DNA of 64,000 nucleotides from Octopus vulgaris (lineage: Eukaryota), in contig OX597824.1 in NCBI GenBank assembly GCA_951406725.2, positions 22,134,001 through 22,198,000 of the forward strand, in the 5' to 3' direction. The notes under the pieces were generated by a model. That model was given only the letters and a program-made list of their open reading frames with translations. It was not told where the DNA came from and did not search any database. Position 1 is the stretch's first letter. The number at the start of each line of letters is the position of its first letter. This document shows positions 43,641 to 57,733 of this stretch, one piece after another. Position numbers and translations under genes: made by a program.

Positions 43641-44047
43641 TTTGCATTAATGGAGACCTGTAAGAAATTTATTTACTATTAAATATAATAATAGCTGAAA
43701 AATTAAAATTAATCAAAGGTCATTTTAAGCATGTCTACCTGCTAGAAAAAACAGTAAAAACTTCATAAGTATAATAATATAAACTATTTTTATATGCTTT
43801 AATTAATGAAACAATTTATAGTGATATTTAAATTTTTTTCTTGTTAAATAAATATTCATCGTACGATTTTTCTGTCATTTACAATTCTAGTGTTTGGCCA
43901 AAAGGCTTTACTTAGTGTCTTCATCTGTTGTTTCAAATTACATTTATTTACTTTTATAAGTCCACCCTGTATTGTTTTGCATGGTCAAACCCTAATTCTG
44001 TGCAAATTTTGTGGGTGCTGATGATATACGAAGTCCCCAGTCTTATC

Positions 44048-44553
44048 GAACTTTCCAGGACGTAATTCCTCCCCCTCCTAGGAACATTCCAGGAAGTAAT
44101 TCCTGCCCCCCTCAGAACTTTCCAGGAAGTAATTTCTTCCAATCCTTGGAAATTTCTTAATTCTTCCCCCTCCCTGGAACCTTTCAGGAAGTATTTCCTC
44201 CCCTTTTCGCCTCCACAGAACTTTCCAGGAAGTAATTCCTCCCCCTCCTAGGAACTTACCAGGAAGTCATTCCTCCTTTCCTCAGAACTTCCCAGGAAGT
44301 AATTCCTCCCCCTCCTCAGAACTTTCCAGGAAGTAATTCACCCCACTCCTCGGAACTTTCCAAGAAGTAATTCCCCCTCCTTGGTACTTTCCAGGAAGTA
44401 ATTCCTCCCCTCCTTGGTACTTTCCAGGAAGTTATTCCTTCCCTTCCTCCCTCTCCTTGGAACTTTCCAGGAATAATTCCTCACCCTCTTTGGAACTTTC
44501 CAAGAAGCAATTCCTCCATCTTGGAACTTTCCAGGAAGTAATTCCTTCCCCTC
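44048..44553 (+). repeat. ~32-bp minisatellite, about 15 units
   Basis: Unit gaactttccaggaagtaattcctccccctcctyr. Confidence 0.95.
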
Positions 44554-44554
44554 C

Positions 44555-46320
44555 ATATTTGGTGGTCAATGAGAAAACTAGGGATAGATGAATGGTTAGT
44601 GAGAGCTGTGCAAGCCATGTACAGGGACGCTGTCAGTAAGGTAAGGGTTGGCATCGAGTACAGTGAAGAATTCCAGGTAGAGGTAGGGTCCACCAAGGTT
44701 CAGTCCTCAGCTCCCTCCTATTTATCATAGTCCTCCAAGCAATAACAGAGGAATTTAAGACAGGATGCCCCTGGGAGCTCCTCTATGCTGACGACCTTGC
44801 TCTAATTGCTGAGTCTCTATCAGAACTAGAAGAGAAGTTTCAGGTGTAGAAGCAAGGATTAGAATCGAAGGGCCTTAGAATCAACCTAGCTAAAACCAAA
44901 GTCCTAATAAGTATGAAGGCAGACAAACCACAAATCTCTTCAGGTTGATGGCCCTGTTCGATCTGTAGAAAAAGCGTAGGTAGAAACTCTATAATATCTA
45001 CCCAGTGTAAGCTATGGACACATAAGAGGTGCAACAATATCAAAAGAAGGCTAACTGGGAAGATAGTTTTTGTATGTGGCAGATGCTCAGGAGCAATAAA
45101 CACTGAAAATGTGCAGAAAACAACTTCCGCCACTTTCCAGGGGAAAAAAACTAGAAGTAGTTGATAGCTTCCGTTACCTAGGTGACCAAGTTAGTAGCAG
45201 GGGTGGGTGTGCTGAAAGTGTAACTGCTAGAATAAGAATAGCCTGGGCAAAGTTCAGAGAGCTCTTACCTCTGATGGTGACAAAGAGCCTCTTGCTCAGA
45301 GTAAAAGGTAGACTGTATGATGCATGTGTACGAACAGCCATGCTACATGGCAGTGAAACATGGGCCGTGACTGCTGTGGACATGCTTCAACTCACAAGGA
45401 ATGAAGCCAGTATGATCCGATGGATGTGTAATGTCAGTGTGCATACTCGACAGAGTGTTAGTGCTCTGAGAGAAAAGTTAAATCTAAGAAGCATCAGATG
45501 TGGTGTGCAAGAGAGACAACTGCACTGGTATGGTCATATGGTGAGAATGGATGAGGATAGCTGTATGAAAAAGTGTCACACCCTAGCGGTTGAGGGAACC
45601 TGTGGAAGCAAGACCTGGGATGAAGTGGTGAAGCACAACCTTCAAACATTAGGCCTCACCAATGCAATGACTAATGACCGAGACCTTTGGAAATATGCAG
45701 TGCATGAGAAGACCCGGCAAGCCAAATGAGACCATAACCTCGTGGCCTATGCCTGGGGTGTAACCAGCTCACTTATGCATACCTTACCTTCATTGGACAC
45801 TAAATTCTGCTTGCGAAGACCTGCTGAGGCAAGTGAAATCGAAATTGAATCAAATTCGATGACTGGCACCCATGCTAGTGGAGCGCTAAGAGTACCATCC
45901 GAGCGTGATCGTTGCCAGAGCAGCTGACTGGCTTCCATACCACTGGCACGTAAAAAGCACCATTCAAGTGTGATCGTTACCAGCGTCGCCTTACTGGCAC
46001 TTGTGCCAGTGACACATGAAAAACCATTTGAGCAAGGTCGTTGCCAGTGCCGCTGGACTGGCTCCTGTACAGGTGGACCATAAAAAACAACATTTGAGCT
46101 TGGCCATTGCCAGTACCGCCTGACTGGCCCTCTTGCTGGTGGCATGTAAAAGCACCCACTACACTCTCGGAGTGGTTGGCATTAGGAAGTGCATCCAGCT
46201 GTATAAACTCTGCAAGATCAGATTAGAGTCTGGTTTGCCAAACCTCAGTCAAATCGTCCATGGAAAGCATGGAAAGTGGACGTTAAACGATGATGATGAT
46301 GTTGATGATGATGATGATGA
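44555..46320 (+). mobile_element. 5'-truncated RTE-clade LINE: RT pseudogene to 45729, 3' UTR, (GAT)n tail
   Basis: GVHQGSVLSSLLFIIVL, LLYADDLAL, GLRINLAKTK, FRYLGD, AMLHGSETW, LHWYGHM; contains stops and frameshifts. Confidence 0.95.
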
Positions 46321-46442
46321 TAAGAGGATCCCAATGCGATTTGCTATAAATGCTGTAGCCCATCTTTTATACCAAGACAAAATTTGTTGCACACACGAAT
46401 ACACAAAAAGAATCTTGCAAACCAGATAACAAAATCAGTAAA

Positions 46443-46480
<38 letters not shown>

Positions 46481-47021
46481 CAGTGCTATAATTACTAGTG
46501 TTGATTTTGTTGCTGATTAATTAATTAATTATTTGATCAATTAAGTTTGAATACAGTTTGTATGAAAATGTTTAATTAGACTGTAAGTATAGAAGCTAAA
46601 AATTATAGGAACAGTGGTACAATTAAAAGTTTATGATAAATCCATTCAACATCTTGTGGGCTTTGGAAAAAAAAAGTTATCCTAAATGAATGGTTGCTGA
46701 ATGGGCAGAAAAGAACAATTGCAGTGCCAAACATAAAATCTATGTATTACATTCTCTACACATTGGTCCATGCTTCTAGTGGAAACATGTAGGTAACATA
46801 ATATATTCACTACTTGCTTTCATCAACAGGAAATAGACTGAACAATATAACTGCACTACATATTGTTAAACTCACTTCAATTGTCATATTTTTTTAAAAC
46901 TGCTAAAACCTGATGAAGTAAAACAAAAATTTGAGAAAACTGGAATAAAGAACTAATAAATGAATGAGGAACGTATAAATAGTGCATGTATTTATTTGGC
47001 AAAAACAAAAAATAATAATGA

Positions 47022-47078
<57 letters not shown>

Positions 47079-47622
47079 TATCTCGAAATATAACAATGTG
47101 AAATAATATCTCTCTCTGTGAATCCTGTTCATGTGAAAGTGCTTACTTTCAGCATTAAATACTGGAAATTACATTCAGAAAGGGACCAAAACAATATAAG
47201 AGTTAGCCATAAATATTTTGACAAAATAAGAATATTTCTATTTGGCAATGAAAGAAAAGCATTTATATATTGAAGTGATAATGTAAAAATACAGATAAGT
47301 AGCTTTAATACAATAACACATGGAAAAATAAATCTCACTACATACATTAAAATAAACACTTATTCTATATATACTTTCCCTACGTATGTGTGTGTGTGTG
47401 TGTGTGTGTGCACCGTGCATGTGTGTGTGTATGTGAGTGTGTGCATATGTATGTGTATATTATATATACATGTGGTTGCAGGTGTGGCTGTGTGATGAGA
47501 TTGCTTCTCAAGCACATGCTTTCAAATTCTGTACCACTGCCTGGCGCCTTGGGCAAGGGTCTTCTACTATAGCCTTGGGCCAACCAAGGCCTTGTGAGCA
47601 GATTGGGTTGTCAGAAACTGTC

Positions 47623-48061
<439 letters not shown>

Positions 48062-48073
48062 ATATATATATAT

Positions 48074-48132
<59 letters not shown>

Positions 48133-48322
48133 TATACACACATATAAATATACATACATACATATATATATATACACATACATATATATATACATATATA
48201 TACATATACATATATATATACATACATATATATATATATATACATATATATACATATATATATACATACATATATATATATATACATATATATACATATA
48301 TATACATATATATATACATACA

Positions 48323-48354
<32 letters not shown>

Positions 48355-48388
48355 CGTATATATATACATATATATATATATATGTATA

Positions 48389-48554
48389 TGCCCGCTCTGG
48401 GATCTTTCTTTCCTCTCTCTTCCTTCTTTATGTTTCCGACGAAGAGCTCCGCTCGAAACGTCATACCTCCCTGCTTCCATTTCCTGAGCGCCTATTAATA
48501 ATAATACTGTAATTGTTCCATTGTTGTTGTGTTTTTTTGTTTCCCGTTTGGATT

Positions 48555-48602
<48 letters not shown>

Positions 48603-49629
48603 GTATCGGATACACCACCCACACACACACACCTACCTACCTCCCACACGCCTGTTCACACACACACATACGTAGACCCATCTACGTACATACATTCACA
48701 CATTTAATCACACACACTTATAGACATACATGCACACACTAACATACAAACCAACATGCACATACACACACACATACATACATACACACACACATACATA
48801 CTTACACACACACACACACACACAGACATACATACACACATACATACACACATACATACGCACATACATACACACACACTCACACACACACACCGCACGT
48901 ACATACTTCACACACACACACATGCACACATACATGTAGGCACACACATACATACATACCCACACATGCACACCCTTACACTGAATGCACACACACATAC
49001 ACCTTTTTGCATCCAGGCAGCCCCCCCCTCTTTTCTGCTTTTCGGTTTTGGCTGATGGATCCTCGGTTCCCGCATAGCGGGTCATTCGAGGGCCTTTGCG
49101 CTCGCGCGCCTTGGCGCGCGCTGGGGGCTTGGTCGGCCCCATGGGCTTGCGTTGTATTGCTTGTGCGTTGTGTGCGTGAGCGCGCTTCGTGTGTGTGGGC
49201 TTGCTTCGGATGTGCGCGTGCGTATGTATGCATACATACCCACACACTCGCATGTATCCCTACCCACATACATACACGCACACCTACTCACACACACACA
49301 CATACACACACACACACACATACCCGCACACATACACACATACATACATACACACACATACCTACTTCAGACATACACACACACAGACATACACCCATAC
49401 ACTCACACGCATACACACACACACATACACACGCACACGTACACATACACACACACACTACACTTACATTCATACACACACACACACACTTACATTCATA
49501 CACACACACACCTACACAGCCATACCCTCACTCAGACACACACACCTACCTACACACACACAAACACACACAGACACACACCCATACATACATACATCTA
49601 CACACACACGCCTACACACATACATACAC

Positions 49630-49669
<40 letters not shown>

Positions 49670-51635
49670 CACACACACACACACATACCTACACATGCAC
49701 ACACACACACATACATACATACACCCATACACATACACACACACATACCTACATACTACTATACGCACATACATACACACAGACATACACACATACACAC
49801 TCACACAAACATACACACACACATACTTACACACACACACTCGCCTGCACGCGCACACACATGCATGACAAACACCCATACACTCACACTCACATACGCA
49901 CACACCAACATAAACACGCACACGCACACACACACCTACACTCCCACACACATACATACACACCTACATACACACACGCACGCATACACACGCATACACA
50001 CGCATACACACATACATTACACACGTACACACACACCTACATACACATGCATACACACACACACACAAACATGCACGGACACACCCAGACATACATACAT
50101 ACACCTATATACACACGCCCACACACCTACATACACACACATACACGGACACACCCACACACCCATACATACTTACATACATACACCTATATACACACGC
50201 CTACACACCTACACACACACACACATACGCACACATGTACGCACATACACACACATATACGCACATACATATATACCCACACACATGCACACACACACAC
50301 ATACGCACATGCATGCATGCATGCACACGCGCACACCTACACGCATACACACACACACGTACACATACATACATACACGCACACATACATACACCCATAC
50401 ACATACATGCATCCTACACACACATACATACACACTCACACATACATACACACACACACACTCACTCACACACCTGTATGTACGCGCACACACATGCACA
50501 TACACACACTTCCACACACCCACACGTACATACATACACACTCATACACATACACATACACACACACACGGACATACATCTATGCACACACATATATACA
50601 CACATACTCACATACATTCATCGGACACACTGACACCCAGACATACACACAGACACACTCACACATCCACACACATACATACTTACGCGCACACTCGCAG
50701 GGGTGCGCACACTCGCAGGCGCGCACACACTCGCAGGCGCGCGCACACTCGCAGGTGCGCGCACACTCGCAGGCGCGTGCACACACGCGCTTGCGCCGGT
50801 TCGCGCACGCATACGCGCTGCATGCACCTCGCTCTTGGACCCGACGAGACCTCCCGCTCGTTCCTGGGACCATCGCCTGTCGTTGGGTTCTCCCACGCCC
50901 GTCTCCGCGGGACCACTCTTCCATCTTCCCCTCAGCCGGAGTCCTTTTTCCTTAAATCCCCCCTTTTTGTTACACACACGCGCACACATACACACACCCA
51001 CTCACACACACACATTGCTTAAATATATACATTACTCTTACACACATTCAATCTACTCGCCATTAATACTACCACGACACTGGACACACACACACACTAC
51101 TACTCAACACACGCTGGCACGCTACATACGCCCCCACCCCTTCCCCTCCCTCCCTTCCTCCTTCCTTCATTTTCTTACTACTGACCACTGTCTGCTATGC
51201 CTACTACTGTCTCGCCCTACCTCACACGCCTACACACAGACGCACACACTAACACATACATATATTTTTTGTTTTTTTATCTCGCCTCACACACACATAC
51301 ACACACGCACACACTCACACATACACACACATCTGTTGCGTTACCAACCCTGTCTCCACTCTTTTGGCTTTAAAAACCTACTTTGCTCTTGTTATCGTAA
51401 ACTCCCGCCTTTCACCATGTGTACTTCGTAAACACCAGTCGTTTTTTTTCTCCATCTCCTGTTGCCCGCTTTGGGATCTTTCTTTCCTCTCTCTTCCTTC
51501 TTTATGTTTCCGACGAAGAGCTCCGCTCGAAACGTCATACCTTCCTGCTTCCATATTTCCTGAGCGCCTATTAATAATAATACTGTAATTGTTCCACTGT
51601 TGTTGTTTTTTTGTTTTCCCATTTGGATTAAAATT
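48389..51635 (+). mobile_element. ~3.2-kb non-coding unit bounded by ~170-bp direct repeats carrying hammerhead-like cores
   Basis: 48389-48560 is near-identical to 51463-51635; both contain CCGACGA-agagc tcc gctc-GAAAC-GTC. The interior is a CA-rich array with two GC-rich islands. Confidence 0.55.
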
Positions 51636-51636
51636 A

Positions 51637-51684
<48 letters not shown>

Positions 51685-51739
51685 TATATATACACACACA
51701 CACACATACATATATATATCCATATATATATATATATTG

Positions 51740-52290
51740 GCTTCTCTTCACTACTGGATACCTTGTCTGCTAGAAGAAATGGCAGTAGATTGCCTCTGCT
51801 TGCAATATATATATATATATATATAAATTCAAGCGGCACACATTCACTGATCTTGCAACAAGCTTGTGTGTCACTTGAATTTATATATATATATTGCGAG
51901 CAGAGGTGAGCTACTGCCTTCTCTAGCAGATGAGATGTCCAGTACTGAAGAAAAGCAGATATAGCCCAAAACCAGACTGGTTCGCTGGTACCTTCACGAG
52001 AAAGTGGTAAGGGTTCGTTCCCCTGCTTGCAAGATATCGGATGCAGCTGTGCACCATTAACCAGCTAGAGGATATGCCCTCTTGGGGTTAAAAAATCACA
52101 GTAAATTCCGTTCAAATGGAACAGCCATGTTGAAGTGGCTACAAACATTACATGTCAGTACAAATACTATGATCATCTCTTAGAGAGATTTTAGAACTAG
52201 CTTTGTAGCTTGTTGCAAAATCAGTGACAGTGTGTCGCATGAATTTATATATATTGTGAGCAGAAGCAAGTTACTGCTATGTCTAGCAGA
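51740..52290 (+). mobile_element. Penelope-like terminal-repeat relic (inverted plus direct repeat) with a degenerate hammerhead
   Basis: Arms ~51740-51845 and ~51865-51957, partial repeat at 52207-52290; motif ccagta-CTGAAGA...aAAACCAG a CTGGT t cgctgg. Confidence 0.6.
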
Positions 52291-52887
52291 CTCATGTCAG
52301 GCTTTTTTGGTTGTCACTTATTTGTATTTGTGAGTTCAAATTTGTTATATCTCTTTTACTCTTTTACTTGTTTCAGTCATTTGACTGCAGCCATGCTGGA
52401 ATACCACTTTTAGTCGAGCAAATCGACCCCTAGACTTATTCTATCAGTCTCTTTTGCTGAACCGCTAAGTTACGGGGACACAAACACACCAGCATTGATT
52501 GTCAAGTGATGTTGGGGGGACAAACACAGATATATATACGACAGGCTTCTTTCAGTTTCCATCTGCCAAATCCACTCACACAGCCACTCCTGCACCTATT
52601 TAATGTTTTATTGTTATTGTTGCACTTGTTGGAATTGAACTGTTGTTTATTTGCTAACTGTTATTTTCGCATTTTGGGGCAAAAGATACTTAAATTCTGA
52701 AATATTGTTGTGAAAGAGACAAATGTGATTAGAACTGTGATTTTTAACCTTTGCAGGGTAAAAATTATTTTCTTTCAAAAATTATTTTTTGCCCAACTTA
52801 ATTCCTTTTTGAAGGAATTGTTTACTGTGAAAATCTTCTCTTCAAATCTTGGATTACAATTTGTTTTTGAATGAAGATTTCCTAAAG

Positions 52888-54060
52888 ATGGAAAAGGCTA
52901 AAAATAATGAAAATTTGATGCAAGTGCAAAAGGAAAAGCAAAGTTTTTCAGCCATGGTGGGCGGCAACATGATAACAATGGAAGTTACAATGGCAGAACT
53001 TTTTAAATATAGGATCCTTGTCAACCCCCCCCCCCAAAAAAAAACAGGTAGTGATATAAAACTACTCCCTCCATAAGGAGTTTTACAGAATCATCATCAT
53101 CATCATTTAGCGTCCGTTTTCCAAAATGATGATGATGATGATGATGATTCTGTAAAACTCCTTATGGAGGGAGTAGTTTTATATTGCAGCAAAAACTTTA
53201 GTGTACAAAACGTACAGTATGAAAGAAAAAAGAATTATGATATGTAAAATTGAGGCGATAGAAAAATGCTTGTCACCAATCTGGAACAGAAAAATTTACA
53301 TTGCCTGTGGAAGAAGGCATGCCACGGTTGAAGATCAATTTGCCAATGAAAGAACAGTAAAGGATTTATCTACAATGACCTTAAAAAATGAAGAGGTGAT
53401 ATTACTGCCGATGTACTTGGGCAGATGAACTGCTAAAATTAAAGTGGAAGAAATTCCAGCTGGTCTTGACATTATATGGATAGTGGCAGCCATTACTAAT
53501 GACCTGGAAGAGAAAATGAGCATTCTGCAAATTCAAAAAAAGGTAGCAGAGAATTGAAAAGGTCAGTCCCTTGAGATGGTCATACAGGCCACACCTGAAG
53601 TCCTTGAGGGACTGCCCGATAGAGTATTTACAGGTAAGGGGCTAAGCGTTAGGGTCGGTGTAGGACATAGGCCACGCTGCTTTAAATGTGGTGAGAAGGG
53701 TTACGTTCGCTCAGACTGTAAAGCAAAGAAGCCCCTCCACAACAAGAACCACAAAATGCAGAGGAGACAAAAAAAAAACAAAACCACAGCAAAACAAATA
53801 AAAGTTACACAAGGACCCAAGGAAACAAGACCAGGAAAAAACCATAGAGGCAACGATACAAACCACAGAAGAAGGTGATGAAATGGAGTTTACTACAGTT
53901 AAATCCCAAAAAAGAAAAAAGGCCCCAGCCCCAGACTCCCCACCTCATACAGAGAAAACATCCAAAGTAAATGCAGATACACACGAAAATATTCTCAGAC
54001 CATCCCCTTGTTAAAAGCCATTTCCCATTCCCACCCCAGGACACAGAACAGAATTATTTC
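52888..54060 (+). mobile_element. Decayed non-LTR ORF1/gag-like pseudogene with zinc knuckle
   Basis: QSFSAMV near the start and GHRPRCFKCGEKGYVRSDC (CX2CX4[H>Y]X4C); several stops; may continue at 54316-54545. Confidence 0.7.
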
Positions 54061-54069
54061 TTTTAATGA

Positions 54070-54315
54070 CAATGTAAAAGCACCATCCGTTCGTGGCCAT
54101 TTGCCAGCTCTGTCTGGCACCTGTGCGGGTGGCACGTAAAAAGCACCCACTACACTCACGGAGTGGTTGGCGTTAGAAAGGGCATCAAGCCGTAGAAACA
54201 CTGCCAGATCTGACTGGGCCTGATGAAGCCTTCTGGCTTCACAGACACCAGTTGAACCGTCCAACCCATGCTAGCATGGAAAACGGACACTAAATGATCA
54301 TGATGATGATGATGA
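54070..54315 (+). mobile_element. RTE 3' UTR fragment (family D)
   Basis: Family D terminus. Further copies at 24675-24825, 26400-26555, 37820-38040, 41650-41810 and 59140-59610. Confidence 0.85.
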
Positions 54316-54560
54316 ATAAAGTGCTTGTCACGGTAATCTGTGCTCAGATTACATGCTCCCTCACATTAGAATTGCTAGAATGGAGATGGACTTATTCATG
54401 GAATTAAAAATCAAATACCCAGATGACATCAATGATGTTAGCAAAGAGATGTGTGGCCAAAGTTTTATAGTTAGTCCAGTGGCTAAACCACTGAAGAAAA
54501 AGGATGGGGGAGGAAGCTCAATTTGTGCAGCCCCTCCTCAAACTAAAAATGTAAGTACTC

Positions 54561-54727
54561 AGTGGCTGTGTGGTAAGTAGCTTGCTTATGAACCACATGG
54601 TTCTGGGTTCAGTCCCACTGCATGGTACCTTGGGCAAGTGTCTTCTACTATAGCTTCAGGCCAGCCAAAGCCTTGTGAGTGGATTTGGTAGACGGAAACT
54701 GAAAGAAACTCGTCGTATATATGTATG

Positions 54728-54779
<52 letters not shown>

Positions 54780-54995
54780 TGTGTTTGTCAGTGTCTCTGT
54801 TTGTCTCCCCAACATCACTTGACAACTGATGCTGGTGTGTTTACGCCCCGGTAACTTAGCGGCTCGGCAAAAGAGACCGATAGAATAAGTATTAGGCTTA
54901 CAAAGAATAAGTCCTGGGAGTCGATTTGCTTGACTAAAGGCGGTGCTCCAGCATGGCTACAGTCAAATGACTGAAACAAGTGAAAGAGAGTAAAG
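54561..54995 (+). mobile_element. SINE family A
   Basis: Colinear with 1851-2285. Confidence 0.9.
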
Positions 54996-55006
54996 AGATA
55001 GATATG

Positions 55007-55048
<42 letters not shown>

Positions 55049-56006
55049 TATATACAATATTATATATATATATATATAAATCTATATATATATATATATA
55101 TAAGGAATGTTATCATTGAATTTATTGATTAAAAAACAAAGAGATAAAATCAGAAATTACAGCAGACTGAGCCGTAGATAAAAGTGAAATGAATGTATTT
55201 ATTACAGACTGAGTTAGAGGAGAAAATGGGACGAGTCATGAAAGAGTCATTGTTGTCTTGTAAACTTGTATGTAAATAAGCATACACGTCTACACATGTA
55301 TGTATATGTATGTGTTTGTTTGTATGTATGTATATGTGTGTGTTTGTTTGTATGTATGTATATGTGTGTGTTTGTGTGTTTGCCTATATGTTAGCCTATG
55401 TGTGTGTAATGTGTATGTAGGTATGTATGAATGTATGTGTATGTGTGTACGTGCATGAATGTGTATAATTATGTATGTATGTATGTATGTATGCATGTAT
55501 GTATGGTAGATATCTCTGTATGTACATATGTTTTTATGTATGCAAATATAAATGTATGAGTGGTTATATGTGTGTATGTGTATGTGTGTGTGTGTTTATG
55601 TGTGTGGTGTATATATATATACTTTTGTATGTATATATACGGATGTATATATGTATATATATGTATGTATATATATATGTATGTATATATGTATATATGC
55701 ATGTGTTTGTATATGTATGTGTATACAATTGCATACATATGTATGTTTATATATGTGTGTGTGCATGTGTGTTTTAGTGTGTGTATGAGTGTGTGTGTAT
55801 GTGTGTGTTTAAGTGTGTGCGTACGTGCAAAATGTGTTGACCAGCTGGAATACATTTCACTTCCTTAAAAACAATTCTATTTTTTTCTTTTTTAAAAGAA
55901 CACTTTTTCTTTTTTTTTCTTTTTGTTTAAGTTGTTAAGTAGATTTTCATTAAAGACTTCAAAAGAAGATTAGAAAGCTTAAGTGTGTACACAGTTTATG
56001 AGATAC

Positions 56007-56052
<46 letters not shown>

Positions 56053-56148
56053 CTACATATATATATATGTGCATGTGTGTGTGTATATACACATACATAT
56101 ATACATATATATCTGTGTGTGTATATACACATACATATATATATATAC

Positions 56149-56205
<57 letters not shown>

Positions 56206-57113
56206 CTTATGTATATATATATGTGTGTGTGTATATATATATGTGTGTGTGTGTAAATATATATATACACACACACATCTGTATATGCACACACATAAAC
56301 ACACTTATATTAATCAGCATACTTATATTTACTCTTAGTTTTTGTAATCCAAAACAAGCTGTTACTATAGAACTACAGACAGTATATATGTGATATTAAA
56401 AAGAGACTTGGCTGATGTTTCTAACATCTCATCTAACTATATAAATTCTCCTGTAGAGAGCTCAATACAAAAATGTAGAGTCTTATAGCTTCATTAATAT
56501 TGGATTAATTATAATGAATTGTAATTCCAATATTTTCAGTATGTCTTGGTACAGACTAAATACATTTCCCCTCTTATTCTCATTTTTGTTTATTTGTTTA
56601 AAAGTGAACCTTATCATTTTTTTTATGCCTTTCTGAAGAAGAGTTTGAGCTCAAAATATTTAAGATTATACAACTTTTTTCCTCCCATTAAATATCAAAT
56701 GATCAATTAAACTTTTTTCTCACATTGATTTCAATGCTATTATGTTTGTTACAAACACACACTCACACACATGCAAACACACGCACACATGTGTGCGTGT
56801 GTGTATATCTGTGTGTGTGTGTGTATGTATGTGTATATATCTTTTATCTTCTACTTGTTTCAGTCGTTTGACTGCAGCTTTGCTGAGGCACCACCCAGAA
56901 GGGTTTTAGTCAAACAATTCGATCCCAGGACTTATTTTTAAAAACTTCTAGTACTTACTCTCTTAGTGTCTTTTGCTGAACTGCTAAGTTGCAGGGGATG
57001 TAAAGACACCAACACCTGTTATCAAGTTCTTTCAGTTTCCTTCTACCAAATCCACTCACAAGGCTTTGGTTGACTCAAGTTTATTGTCGTAGATACTTGC
57101 CCAAGGTGCCATG

Positions 57114-57150
<37 letters not shown>

Positions 57151-57180
57151 CACACACACACACATATATATATATATACA

Positions 57181-57227
<47 letters not shown>

Positions 57228-57377
57228 GCATATATATATATATGCATATATATATATATATATATATGCATATATGCATATATGTATACACATATATATA
57301 TATACATATATGTATACACACATATATATATACATATATATATACTTTATTTAAAGCAGCAGAAAATTCAACAAAAC

Positions 57378-57415
57378 CTGTTACTCTCAGTTTCACGTTC
57401 CCGTTCGTCGGACAG
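57378..57415 (-). ncRNA. Minimal hammerhead-like motif (13796 family)
   Basis: ctgt-CCGACGA-acg ggaa cgt-GAAA-ctgaga-GTA-acag. Confidence 0.6.
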
Positions 57416-57662
57416 TTTTTGCTAGAATACAACCGATATGTATGTATGTATATATATATATATATATATAAAATATTATTAGAGACAAAACCACTATTTT
57501 GCAAAACAAACAAGGAAAGACTTAATCAATACATAAAATTTTAATAAATAGTCGTGGTTTTGTCTCTAATAATATTTTATAATATTTTACTATAAAATTG
57601 GATTTAATCCTAAATCTGATTTTTTTTTCCCTGTAAATTTGGATTTATTCCCTAATATTTAT

Positions 57663-57733
<71 letters not shown>

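Noticed and set aside
44048-44553. CRISPR-like array of ~32-bp repeats
   Set aside because: Head-to-tail units with no unique spacers, in a eukaryotic context with no cas genes.
49007-51022. 671-aa and 588-aa His/Thr-rich ORFs
   Set aside because: Translations of (CA)n-type sequence that lacks stop codons; open in several frames with no domain.
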